From positions 2,526,152 to 2,590,151 of the forward strand of contig JADJBV010000002.1 of the NCBI GenBank assembly GCA_016703535.1: a DNA stretch of 64,000 nucleotides, given 5' to 3'. This DNA comes from Deltaproteobacteria bacterium. GTDB taxonomy: Bacteria > Myxococcota > Kuafuiibacteriia > Kuafuiibacteriales > Kuafuiibacteriaceae. The stretch's first letter is position 1. Each line of letters opens with the position of its first letter. Positions 55,562 through 64,000 of this stretch are shown here, one piece after another. The notes under the pieces are model-generated. The model was not told the origin of the DNA, ran no database searches, and was given only the letters and a program-made list of their open reading frames with translations. The position numbers and the translations under genes are program-made.

Positions 55562-56652
55562 GGCGTGGGCCTCAGGTGCGCCAACTCCTCCCGCAGCACC
55601 TCGTCCCGGCTCAGCGCCTGCTCCAAAAAGGCGGCGTCGACCTGGTAGGGCGAGGCCAACACCACTTGGATCGAGGGCGCCCCGGTCGGCGCCGGCAACT
55701 CCTCGAAAGGCGAGTGGAGCCGGCCTTTGATCAGCTCCCGCTGCACCGGCTCGGACAAGAGCAGGTCGTAGACCGCTCGGGCCCCGTGGGGGTTGGGCGA
55801 CAGGCGCAGGATCGCGATGGGCCCCGGCACCACCACCGGGCCGTCCTCGGGGACCACCAGGCCGATCGCGCCGCCCCGAGCTTGGGCCTCGAGCACGTTC
55901 TCTAGGAGCACCATGCCGACCTGCTGTTCGCCCGACTCGATGCGGGTCAAGGTGCTGCTGTTGCCGCCCGAGGCCACCACCTGGGCCCCCCGGATCCGAG
56001 CCAACATCGACGGATCACGGCCCAACAACACCGCCAAGCTGGTGAAGGTGGTCCCCGATCCCAGGGGATCGGGCAGGGTCACCCGCCCTCGCCACGGAGC
56101 TTCGAAGAGCGCGGCGAAGGTCCGGGGCGCCTGGTCCGCGGGCACCTTCTTCTGGTCGTAGGCGATGACCATCGTGGAGATCCGGCTGGTCACGTAGGCC
56201 CCGTCCCGCCGCACAAAACGTCGATCCAAAGCCAAGGCCCGCATGGAGGCGTAAGGCAAAAGGTGGCCGGCCCGGGCCTGTCGTTCGTACCAGAGCGGAT
56301 CCGAGGTCAACACCAGGTCGCAGGGCGTGGCGCCCGCCGAAAGTTCCGCGTCGAGCCGGGTCGCGATCTTTTCGCTGCCCGCTTGTAACCACTCGACCTC
56401 GACCTCGGGCAAGGCCGCCTCCAGCAGCGGATCCACCTGATCGATCACCTCTCGGTACATCGAGGTGTAGATCGTGACCTTGCCCCTGGGGGCACCGCTC
56501 GCCTCAGCGAGGGGGGTGTTTGCGGGCGCACCGAACTCGACCCGGCAGCCCGCGCCCCAACCGGACGCGGCCATCGCCAGCAGGAACCCGGCCCGTGACC
56601 AAGGCGTGCGCCCCACCTCGGCCGGTGTGGCGGGTTTTCTGCGGCGGCGCAA
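55558..56652 (-). CDS. ABC transporter periplasmic substrate-binding protein (Fe3+/thiamine-type family 1)
   Basis: Tat/lipobox-like N-terminus (RRRRK...GWGAGC), then VTIYTSMYREVID...WLQAGSEKI. Confidence 0.75.
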   Translation of the reverse strand: MRRRRKPATPAEVGRTPWSRAGFLLAMAASGWGAGCRVEFGAPANTPLAEASGAPRGKVTIYTSMYREVIDQVDPLLEAALPEVEVEWLQAGSEKIATRLDAELSAGATPCDLVLTSDPLWYERQARAGHLLPYASMRALALDRRFVRRDGAYVTSRISTMVIAYDQKKVPADQAPRTFAALFEAPWRGRVTLPDPLGSGTTFTSLAVLLGRDPSMLARIRGAQVVASGGNSSTLTRIESGEQQVGMVLLENVLEAQARGGAIGLVVPEDGPVVVPGPIAILRLSPNPHGARAVYDLLLSEPVQRELIKGRLHSPFEELPAPTGAPSIQVVLASPYQVDAAFLEQALSRDEVLREELAHLRPTP

Positions 56653-56743
56653 GGCCCGCCCGGGATGGTTCGGCCCGGGCCCGCTGTTGACGCCTCACGC
56701 AGGCGCTGTTACCCCGACCCGTGGGGCAATCGTTCTCCCGGCT

Positions 56744-58378
56744 ATGCGTGCGGATCGAATGACCACGCAGCAATTCCCTTGGCGGCTCGCCTGGGCCTGG
56801 TCGTTGAGCCTGGTGGCCTTCGGCGCGTGCAAAAACGGCGACCGGGCCCCGGGCAAAACCGTCGACGGCTACACCGGGACCCGGACCGCCGAGCTCTATT
56901 TGAGCACCGAGGTCGACGGCTACATCGAGCCGTGTGGCTGCACCACCAAACCGAAGGGCGGCATCTCCCGCTTGGCGTCGGTCCTGAAGTCCAGCACCCA
57001 CGAGCGGGGGTTGATCGACGCGGGCAACCTGCTTTTCCCCAAAGAGGGCCTCGACGAGGTCACCAAAAGCCAACACCTCCTCAAGGCCCGGCTTTTGGCC
57101 CGGGCCTACCGGCAGCTGGGTGCGGTGGCCCTCAACGTCGCCGAAGCCGATCTCCACGGCGGCGCCGCTTTGTTGCGAGAGTTGCAGCGTGAGGGCGCCT
57201 TGCCTTGGGTTTCGGCCAACGTGATCCCCGCCGAAGGGGGCCCGACGGTGGCGCGCTCCTTCGTCCGCAAGATCGGCGGCATCTCCTTTGGCATCACCGG
57301 CGTGGCGACCCCCGAGAAGTTGGCCCACGTCGAAGGCATCACGGTGCTCGAGTACGGCCCGGCCTTGAGCGCCGAGGTCAAGGCGCTCCGAAAGGCTGGC
57401 GCCGAGGTGGTGATCGTCTTGGCCCACGTCGGTGAGACCGGCGCCCGGGAGTTGGCCGCCGCTTTGCCCGAGATCGACGTCATCATCCGGGCCCCGGGCA
57501 CCCCCATCGAACGGGATCCGAGCAGCCCCGTGCGGTCGGGGCCGGTCTTGATCGTCGAAGCCGGCAGCCAAGGCCAACACATCGGCCGCCTCACCTTCCG
57601 CTTGGGCGATGAGTCTCCGGCCCGTCCCATCCCCTTCGACGACGCGGGCCTCGAGGACGAACGCCGTCGGCGCCTCACCGAGCGGAAGATCAAGGCCTAC
57701 GAGATGGAGCTGGCGGCCTGGAGCGTCGATCCCGACAAGGCCGAGGCGACCAAGGCCAAAGAAGGCCAGATCGCCGGGCTCAAGGCCGAACTTTCACGCC
57801 CTCCACCCGCTGTGGTCCGGCCCAACGGCCCCCACGTGGCCTTCGAGCTGGTGGCCCTGACCGACGAGCTCAAGGCCGAACCCCAGATGGCTCAAGTGAT
57901 GAGCACCTACTACCAAGAGCTCGCTGGCATGAACCTGGAGAAGGGCGATCTGTCGCTCTGCAAGAAGCCCGACGCCGAAGCGGCCACTTATGTCGGCACC
58001 GAAAGCTGTAAGGAGTGCCACGAAGAGGCCTACGCGTTCTGGAAGAAGACCAAACACGGCACGGCCTGGGCGACCCTCGAAGACCAGGGCAAGCACTTCG
58101 ACTTGACCTGCATCGGGTGTCACACGGTCGGTTACCAACAGCCCGGCGGCTTTTGTCGGCTGAAGGACGTGGGGGTCCTGAAGGACGTCGGATGCGAGAT
58201 GTGCCACGGCCCCGGCTCGATCCACGTCGACGACTCGGATCCCACCTCGATCGTGCTCGAGGCGCCCCCGGCCACCTGCACTCGCTATTGCCACGTGCCC
58301 GAGCACAGCGACGCCTTCGTCTACGAGGCGTACCTCAACCGCATCACCGGCGAGGGCCACGCGCTCAGCAAGAAGTGA
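56744..58378 (+). CDS. Multihaem c-type cytochrome lipoprotein with an N-terminal degenerate 5'-nucleotidase/metallophosphoesterase-like domain
   Basis: Lipobox LVAFGAC. N-terminal domain YIEPCGCTTKPKGGISRLA...VIVLAHVG. C-terminal CKECH, CIGCH, CEMCH plus CTRYCH (CX3CH). Confidence 0.75.
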   Translation: MRADRMTTQQFPWRLAWAWSLSLVAFGACKNGDRAPGKTVDGYTGTRTAELYLSTEVDGYIEPCGCTTKPKGGISRLASVLKSSTHERGLIDAGNLLFPKEGLDEVTKSQHLLKARLLARAYRQLGAVALNVAEADLHGGAALLRELQREGALPWVSANVIPAEGGPTVARSFVRKIGGISFGITGVATPEKLAHVEGITVLEYGPALSAEVKALRKAGAEVVIVLAHVGETGARELAAALPEIDVIIRAPGTPIERDPSSPVRSGPVLIVEAGSQGQHIGRLTFRLGDESPARPIPFDDAGLEDERRRRLTERKIKAYEMELAAWSVDPDKAEATKAKEGQIAGLKAELSRPPPAVVRPNGPHVAFELVALTDELKAEPQMAQVMSTYYQELAGMNLEKGDLSLCKKPDAEAATYVGTESCKECHEEAYAFWKKTKHGTAWATLEDQGKHFDLTCIGCHTVGYQQPGGFCRLKDVGVLKDVGCEMCHGPGSIHVDDSDPTSIVLEAPPATCTRYCHVPEHSDAFVYEAYLNRITGEGHALSKK

Positions 58379-59907
58379 TGCGTCGGATCTTCGTCGTCGC
58401 CGCTTTGCCCCTTTGGGCCGCTTGCTCCTGGGGCCGCTTGCCTCCGCCCGCTCCACCCCCATTTGCGCCGCCGACGCCGATCGCGATCCAACACGTGCCT
58501 GCTTGGGCCGAGTCCCGGGCCGATGTCTTCGGCGGCACGCCGTCGCTCTACACCCGGACGACCACCATCACTGAACTCGAGGAGATCGAGGCTCTGGCGG
58601 TGGAGGAGCTGCGGGAAGGTTCCCTCGAGCCCGATCCGGTGTTCCCGGAAGATCGGCAGGGGCGGGTGCCCCACTTGTTCGAAGGCCGAACCGGGCCCCC
58701 AGGGTTCGACATCCCGATGGCCGACGATCCCCGGGTCGAGGAGTGGATCCAATACCTGACCGGCCGAGGCCGGGAGTGGTCGGTGAAGTGGTTGGCCCGC
58801 TCCACCCGCTACGGCCCGCTCTTTTGGGAGATCTTGGCCCGTTACGATTTGCCGCGGGATCTGATCTTCCTCTCGATGATCGAAAGCGGCTTTTCGCCCA
58901 AGGCCTATTCCTGGGCCCACGCCGCCGGCGCCTGGCAGTTTATGCCCTTCACCGGCCGGGAATACGGCCTCGAGGTCGGCTTTTGGGTCGACGAACGCCG
59001 GGACTTCGAGCGCTCCACCGACGCCGCCGCTCGCCACCTCCGGGATCTCTACCGGACCTTCGACGACTGGTACCTGGCCTTCGCCGCCTACAACGCGGGC
59101 ACCGGCAAGGTTCGGCGGGCCATCCGAGGTTCGGGCACCAGCGACTTTTGGAAGTTGTCTCGCACCTGGTGGCTCCGCAAAGAGACGCGCCACTACGTGC
59201 CCAAACTGTTGGCCGCCGCCAAGATCACCAAAGAGCCTGAAAAATACGGCTTCACCGAGGTCGAATATCTGCCGCGCCTGACCTGGGACGTGTTGACCGT
59301 CACCGTCGCCGTCGATCTCAAGACCGTGGCCACGGCCTGCGGCGAGCCCGATGACGAACGCCTCAAGTTGTTGAACCCCGCCTTGCGCACCGGCGTGACG
59401 CCGCCCGGGCGCCACTACCCGCTGCGGGTGCCCGAGGGCCACTTCGCCACCTGTTTGACCGGCCTGCAGCTGACGCCACCCGCCGAACGCATGACCTTCC
59501 GTTATCACGAGGTCCAGCCCAAAGACTCGCTCCCGGCCTTGGCCAAAAAGTACCGCACCACGCCCGAGGCGATCTTGGCCTTCAATGAGATCGACGAAGC
59601 CCGGCTCCTGGAGTTCGGAGAGCTGGTGGTGCCGGTGCCGTTCCTCGAGGCCGACTCGATCCCCATCGTCGAACCGGTCGAGCGAAAGTTCCGGGCCTCG
59701 GCCTACGGGCCGGACGGCTTGGGTCTGGTGCTGCACACCGTCCAGCCCGGCGATTCGCTTTGGAAGATCGCCAAGCGGTACCACGTGCAGGTGAAGCGCC
59801 TCCGGTTGTGGAACGGACTGTGGCGAAACGGGGGCCTCAAGGTCGGGCAGCAGATCCGGGTTTATGTCGGCCAAGGCGGCGCCCCCAGTGGTCGTCGAAG
59901 TCGTTGA
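58378..59907 (+). CDS. mltD: Membrane-bound lytic murein transglycosylase with two C-terminal LysM domains (MltD-like)
   Basis: Lipobox ALPLWAAC, SLT motif LSMIESGFSPKAYSWAHAAGAWQFMP, AYNAG. LysM: HEVQPKDSLPALAKKY and HTVQPGDSLWKIAKRY. Confidence 0.88.
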   Translation: MRRIFVVAALPLWAACSWGRLPPPAPPPFAPPTPIAIQHVPAWAESRADVFGGTPSLYTRTTTITELEEIEALAVEELREGSLEPDPVFPEDRQGRVPHLFEGRTGPPGFDIPMADDPRVEEWIQYLTGRGREWSVKWLARSTRYGPLFWEILARYDLPRDLIFLSMIESGFSPKAYSWAHAAGAWQFMPFTGREYGLEVGFWVDERRDFERSTDAAARHLRDLYRTFDDWYLAFAAYNAGTGKVRRAIRGSGTSDFWKLSRTWWLRKETRHYVPKLLAAAKITKEPEKYGFTEVEYLPRLTWDVLTVTVAVDLKTVATACGEPDDERLKLLNPALRTGVTPPGRHYPLRVPEGHFATCLTGLQLTPPAERMTFRYHEVQPKDSLPALAKKYRTTPEAILAFNEIDEARLLEFGELVVPVPFLEADSIPIVEPVERKFRASAYGPDGLGLVLHTVQPGDSLWKIAKRYHVQVKRLRLWNGLWRNGGLKVGQQIRVYVGQGGAPSGRRSR

Positions 59908-60098
59908 ATTTACGACGGAATTAAGCATGGACTTCGGCCCAAGCCCGTCCTTCTGCGGTTTCACGCGATGCCCAATGGGTAGGGGGTCGGTGAAATGATC
60001 CCGACTATATGTTGTGGAGGCGCTTGACAGGACCGCCAGGGTTTTGCATGGTGCGCCCGTCGACCCGCGGTGATGCCCGCCGGCGCAGGAGGAATGCA

Positions 60099-60371
60099 AT
60101 GACCAAAGCTGAGCTTCTCGACGTGATCGCCAAGGCCAACTCGGAAATGACCAAGAAGCAGGTCGGAGAGGTCGTGGACGCGGTCTTCAACACCGTCGCC
60201 AAGGCCATCAAGAAGGACGGCGAGTTCTCGTACCCGGGCTTCGGCTCCTTCAAGGTGCGGCAGCGCAAGGCCCGCACTGGTCGCAACCCGCAGACCGGCG
60301 AGCAGATCAAGATCAAGGCTTCGAAGTCGGTTGGGTTCAAGGCCGCCAAGGCCTTCAAAGACAAGCTCTAG
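60099..60371 (+). CDS. hup: Nucleoid-associated DNA-binding protein HU
   Basis: MTKAELLDVIAKA...GFGSFKVRQRKARTGRNPQTGEQIKIKASKSVGFKAAKAFKD. AGGAGG lies 5-6 nt upstream. Confidence 0.95.
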   Translation: MTKAELLDVIAKANSEMTKKQVGEVVDAVFNTVAKAIKKDGEFSYPGFGSFKVRQRKARTGRNPQTGEQIKIKASKSVGFKAAKAFKDKL

Positions 60372-60428
60372 TCGGCGGGCCCGCTTCGGTGGGCTGACCG
60401 ATCGCAACAACTCTCTCGGATGGCTCGA

Positions 60429-60463
60429 AGGCCTCGGACGAAAGTCCGGGGCCTTTTCTTTTT
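60429..60463 (+). terminator. Rho-independent terminator downstream of HU
   Basis: AGGCCTCGGAC-gaaa-GTCCGGGGCCT (11-bp stem with one G-U, GAAA tetraloop) followed by TTTTCTTTTT. Confidence 0.85.
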
Positions 60464-60688
60464 GGTGGACCGTCCTTCGGTCGAGCGGCGCACCTACCGC
60501 CCCAACCTCACTACGCCAGTGAGGGTCCATAAAGTTGGGCCGTCGACGACAACCAATCCTCTAGAGCGGAGTAGACACCTCGCCCCCGCCGCCAAGGTCC
60601 GGCGGGTGCGCTTCCACAACCAGGTCGAGCGAGGCGCGGCAGAGAGCTGCGTCGACGCCGACGTCCGCGACCTTAGGGGAGACGAGAG

Positions 60689-62005
60689 ATGTTCGAAACA
60701 AGTTGGGCTCGGGGTTGGGTATTGGCCACGTTCGTGGGCCTCGGGGCCTGTGGGGGTGAGCTGGAGTTGGAGGAGGAGCTGGGGTCGGAGCTGGAGCTGG
60801 AGTTCCACACCAGCGAGTCCGGCCTGTGTTCGGCGGTTTCGCCGGCGAGGGAGCTGATGATCCGGCACCTCGCGGTGGTCAACGATCCGGTGCGGACCCG
60901 CTGGACCGGGAGCTTGGCCGACGCCAGCGACGGCGCGTGGCACTTCGGACGGCTCATGACCCAGATGGCGCCCCCGGGGGCCAACGCTTCGGACTTCGTG
61001 TTGGCTTGGCTGCGGCAGTTCGCGACCAACCGCACCATCAACGGCCAGACCGTACCGGCGCGGCCCGCGATCAACCAGCTGATCAGCGACTGGCCCAAGT
61101 TGGCCAACGGCAAACTCGACCTGACCCGGGCGCCGCTCCGTTTGTTGGCGATCGTCAATCGAATGGATCTCCGCAACCTGGCCCAAGGCCGGGCCGGTGA
61201 AGGTCGCTTCGTCTTTGGGGTCCTCGACGCTGCCGGCAACCCGCAGCAGTTTACGGTGATCCTGGAGTACAACTTGCCCGCCACCACCCAGGCTCAGCTC
61301 ACGGCCTGGGCCAACCGTTGGCACGATCTCGGGGCGCTCGGCGCCAGCACCGCAGCCTATCGGACGGCGCTCCAGGCCGTCACCGATCGCTTCGCGCGAC
61401 GGAACGCCCAGCCCACTCGCCCCAACGGCAGCGCCATCAGCCAGGTCCGCACCAACGAGATCGCCTTGGCCGCGCCGTGGGAGCTGCGGGAGTTTCGGCT
61501 CAACGCCAATGGGGCCTTGGTGGAGGTCACCACCGCCCTGACGCCTCGGGACGCCCTGAACGGCAGCGCGGTGTTGCGGGACTTCATCAACCAAAACGCC
61601 AACGCCATCGTGAACAACCGGCACGGGGTCCCCTTGAGCATCGGGGCCACACCCTTTCGGGCCGCTGCCAGCCAAAACAACATCGACTTCTGGAACGCCC
61701 CCGGCATCAGCAACGCCAACGCTCGTCACGTCTTTTCCCTCAACACCTGTGACGGTTGCCACGGGGCCGAGACCGCCACCGGCTTCCTGCAGATCCAGCC
61801 TCGGGTCGCCAATCAGGTCTCAGCCTTGGCCGGCTTCCTGACCGGGATCACCGTGGCCGATCCGGTGACCGGCACCAACCGGACCTTCAACGACCTGGGG
61901 CGTCGGGCCACCGATCTGCGGAGCCTGGTCTGCCCCACCGTCGCTCCCGCGACCTTGGGATCGGAGGCTGATTTGGAAGCGCCCTTAGGGACCCGAGTGC
62001 ACTGA
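60689..62005 (+). CDS. Hypothetical lipoprotein with an acidic linker and a single CxxCH motif
   Basis: Lipobox FVGLGAC, ELELEEELGSELELEF linker, FSLNTCDGCHGAETA near the C-terminus. Confidence 0.75.
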   Translation: MFETSWARGWVLATFVGLGACGGELELEEELGSELELEFHTSESGLCSAVSPARELMIRHLAVVNDPVRTRWTGSLADASDGAWHFGRLMTQMAPPGANASDFVLAWLRQFATNRTINGQTVPARPAINQLISDWPKLANGKLDLTRAPLRLLAIVNRMDLRNLAQGRAGEGRFVFGVLDAAGNPQQFTVILEYNLPATTQAQLTAWANRWHDLGALGASTAAYRTALQAVTDRFARRNAQPTRPNGSAISQVRTNEIALAAPWELREFRLNANGALVEVTTALTPRDALNGSAVLRDFINQNANAIVNNRHGVPLSIGATPFRAAASQNNIDFWNAPGISNANARHVFSLNTCDGCHGAETATGFLQIQPRVANQVSALAGFLTGITVADPVTGTNRTFNDLGRRATDLRSLVCPTVAPATLGSEADLEAPLGTRVH

Positions 62006-62016
62006 GCCTCCGCGAG

Positions 62017-62057
62017 GGCCCGGGCCGCCCCTCTCCTCCGGCGGTCCGGGCCGTTTT
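62017..62057 (+). terminator. Terminator-like hairpin
   Basis: GGCCCGGGCCGCC-N10-GGCGGTCCGGGCC (13-bp stem with one G-U) followed by GTTTT. Confidence 0.55.
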
Positions 62058-62160
62058 CCACCCCAAGCGACACCCTCCGAACAAAGCAGGTCAGATCGAC
62101 GGGCCTCACCTCGAAGCAGTGGGTGAGGCCGGCCTGGACCGCGCCCCCATCGGAGATCCA

Positions 62161-63255
62161 ATGAAGAAGAAGTTGATGATTGTGACCACCCTCGGGGTGA
62201 TCGGCGCCGGCGGCGTTTGGTCGAGCCCCGGTGACCACCCTGCCTCCAGGCCCTTGACCGCGGCCGAACTGGAGGCCACCCGCGGCGGCGTCGTGACCGC
62301 GGTGAGTTATCCGCCCGCCAACCTGGTCTCCTACACGCAAAACGTGGGGCTCGACGCCGACGTCGCCAACGGCCTGGGCCAGACCACCACCACCCTCTAC
62401 CTGCACCACGGCACCACCAAAACCGGCTACCGCACGGTGGCCACGCCGGCGCCGGGCTACGAAGGTTCAATCCAGACGCGCTTTTCGCTGCTCGGTGGCG
62501 CCGCCAAAGATCTGGTGATCAAGTACATCGATCCGAGCAATGGCCAGAGCTACGTCTCCCAGGTCGTCCCGGGCCAAGATCTCCACACCTCGGTGCGGCT
62601 ACGAAAGTTGGTCTTCCACAACGTCAAGACCAACTCCAACCAGACGACGGTCCCGGCCGCCACGATCAGCAACGTCGTCGAGAGTCGCTCCTGGAATTGG
62701 AACCTGTCGACGGTGGCCAGCATGGACGCGATCTTGGCGACCTGCCCGCAGAACAAGCGAACTCAGGTCGGGTTCTTGGGCAACGACTCGCCGAGCATTC
62801 TGCACACCGTCAACACCGGCACCAACAACTGCGCCAACCTCGACGACCACCTGGAATACGATGAAGAGACCGAAGATCTCGACCACGACGCCACCGCCTT
62901 GGCCTGTATGGAAGAGCTCAGCGATGCTCGGCTGGCCCTCGATCCCACCAACGAGGCGCTCCACTTCTTCTTCGTCAAGAACTTGCCCACGGGCCTCAAC
63001 GGCTTCCTGAGCGTAGAAGCTCAGGCCCTGGTCATCTCCGAAGCGGAGATGAGCGGTGATGCCTGGTGGGTTGCTTCCTTGCTGACGCACGAGATGGGGC
63101 ACGCCCTCGGGCTCTCTCACACGAACGTTACCTGCAACAACGTCACCCCTGATCTGCGGAACCTGATGTGCCCGGGCTCTGCAGCGGGCAAGCTGCTCAC
63201 CGCCACCCAGTGCGACATCATCTACGACCTCCCCGGATTGGTCGACCACAACTGA
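62161..63255 (+). CDS. Secreted metzincin-type zinc metalloprotease
   Basis: N-terminal hydrophobic signal MKKKLMIVTTLGVIGAGG, C-terminal HEMGHALGLSH (HExxHxxGxxH) and a downstream NLMCP Met-turn candidate. GC is lower than the surrounding sequence. Confidence 0.8.
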   Translation: MKKKLMIVTTLGVIGAGGVWSSPGDHPASRPLTAAELEATRGGVVTAVSYPPANLVSYTQNVGLDADVANGLGQTTTTLYLHHGTTKTGYRTVATPAPGYEGSIQTRFSLLGGAAKDLVIKYIDPSNGQSYVSQVVPGQDLHTSVRLRKLVFHNVKTNSNQTTVPAATISNVVESRSWNWNLSTVASMDAILATCPQNKRTQVGFLGNDSPSILHTVNTGTNNCANLDDHLEYDEETEDLDHDATALACMEELSDARLALDPTNEALHFFFVKNLPTGLNGFLSVEAQALVISEAEMSGDAWWVASLLTHEMGHALGLSHTNVTCNNVTPDLRNLMCPGSAAGKLLTATQCDIIYDLPGLVDHN

Positions 63256-63266
63256 GGAGGTGGGCC

Positions 63267-63788
63267 ATGGGTGAGCTTCGAAGTGGGCTGGCGGTGGCCC
63301 TGGTGTTTTTTGTGTCGGGGTGCGCCAAGGAACTCGACGTCTGCGCTGCTTCACTGTCGCCGTGGGAGGTGGTGTTTTTGGGTGAGGCGTACGGCCGAGG
63401 TGAGGTGGCGCTCGAGCGCCAGGCCGACGGCCACTTTCGGGGGCACCTGCGTTTGGCCCAGGCCGAAGGGCAAGCCGCCGACGCCGGGCTCCGGCTCGAG
63501 GGCCGCGGCGTCTGCCGAGACGGGGTGGTGCGCATCGACTTTGGCGGCGGCAGCACCCCGGACGGATCACTGCAGGTCTTGGGCGGCACCTTGACCGCCG
63601 TGTTGGCCCGACCCGGGATCGTCGATCAGCCCTTCGGCGTGTGGACCGCCGAACTCCGCTCCGCCGCCTGGAAGGCCCAGCGGCGGGTCGGCGGCCCTTG
63701 GATCTTGGCCGCGCCGAAGGCCGAAGCCCGGGACGACCTCGCCGAGGCACCCCGAGCCGATCTCGGGTCCCCAGGATCGACGCCGTGA
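63267..63788 (+). CDS. Hypothetical lipoprotein
   Basis: GAGGAGG Shine-Dalgarno 7 nt upstream; lipobox VALVFFVSGC. Confidence 0.6.
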   Translation: MGELRSGLAVALVFFVSGCAKELDVCAASLSPWEVVFLGEAYGRGEVALERQADGHFRGHLRLAQAEGQAADAGLRLEGRGVCRDGVVRIDFGGGSTPDGSLQVLGGTLTAVLARPGIVDQPFGVWTAELRSAAWKAQRRVGGPWILAAPKAEARDDLAEAPRADLGSPGSTP

Positions 63789-64000
63789 ACCGGCGGTGGC
63801 AGGCCCCGGGCCCCGGGGGACCGCTGCTGCGGGCGCTTTTGGCCTTGTTCGGTGGCGCGCTCCTCGCGGCGTCCTTTCCGCCCGAACCTCGTCCGTGGTC
63901 GGCGATCTTCGGCCTGGTGATCTTGGTGGCCATCACCACCGATCAGGGCCCGGCCGAGGGTGGAGCGTTGGGGCTGCTTTTTGGCGTGGCCTGGTATCAC
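63785..64000 (+). CDS. lnt: Apolipoprotein N-acyltransferase, N-terminal fragment (continues beyond window)
   Basis: The GTG at 63785 overlaps the upstream stop. The translation LLRALLALFGGALLAASFPPEPRPWSAIFGLVILVAI...GLLFGVAWY matches the typical Lnt N-terminal TM pattern. It is absent from the ORF track because there is no stop within the window. Confidence 0.6.
   Translation, partial: MNRRWQAPGPGGPLLRALLALFGGALLAASFPPEPRPWSAIFGLVILVAITTDQGPAEGGALGLLFGVAWYH

Noticed and set aside
62254-62289. LTAAELEATRGG in the metzincin N-terminus resembles a double-glycine (LSxxELxxIxGG) bacteriocin-type leader.
   Set aside because: It follows a classical hydrophobic Sec-type signal rather than sitting at the extreme N-terminus. 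The cargo is a 320-aa enzyme. No C39-peptidase ABC exporter is in the window. It is most likely coincidental.
1-64000. A search for mobile elements, prophage, CRISPR-Cas, toxin-antitoxin or known defence-system genes, and for rRNA/tRNA.
   Set aside because: I recognised none. There are no transposase, integrase, Cas, reverse-transcriptase or nuclease-NTPase defence signatures, and no spacer-repeat arrays. The intergenic regions are too short or lack cloverleaf features.

Overview
This is a high-GC window (roughly two-thirds G+C by eye) of densely packed bacterial chromosome, with about 55 supportable protein genes. I found no rRNA, tRNA, CRISPR array, transposase, integrase or phage genes. 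The gene content looks Myxococcota/deltaproteobacteria-like, but that is an inference only. It rests on many lipoproteins with an A/G-C lipobox, a 13x Cys-rich-repeat lipoprotein, FG-GAP and CHAT proteins, an FHA-histidine kinase, and a Lys/Ala/Pro histone-H1-like tail.

Gene content from left to right:
- Rhodanese and a tandem USP.
- An HDOD plus ParA/MinD pair, divergent from a flagellar filament module. The module holds two tandem flagellins, each with a sigma28-like promoter, then flaG, fliD, a 103-aa orphan and fliS.
- A same-strand cluster of exported proteases built around an ECF sigma/anti-sigma pair: astacin with a propeller, ECF sigma, anti-sigma, a TPR-CHAT lipoprotein, a frameshifted subtilase and a PPC-like mini-protein.
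- An EF-G paralog.
- A secretome block: a beta-helix protein, an S37-like peptidase and the Cys-rich-repeat/Big_2 lipoprotein.
- Housekeeping genes: VOC, queG, TatT-like, lysophospholipase-like, mutS, an amidase, algH, an mltD-like gene, HU and the start of lnt.
- Signalling genes: an H1-tail response regulator, two pseudo-receiver/Fis-HTH proteins, an FHA-HK-REC hybrid and a REC-GGDEF protein.
- A sugar/aminosugar-like locus: GH4, a GPH transporter, two ceramidase-family paralogs, and translationally coupled DegT aminotransferase, Gfo/Idh/MocA dehydrogenase and BadF-type kinase genes.
- An Fe3+-type ABC importer, divergent from a multihaem cytochrome fusion.
- A CxxCH lipoprotein, a metzincin and a lipoprotein.

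The best candidate for an undescribed system is the ECF sigma/anti-sigma/TPR-CHAT unit embedded in the three-protease cluster (9.1-17.3 kb). Secondary candidates are the H1-tail response regulator and the dehydrogenase/aminotransferase/kinase module with its neighbouring ceramidase-like pair.

All functional calls come from motif recognition by eye. No database search was possible. Most of the long antisense or alternate-frame ORFs in the track are GC-driven artefacts.
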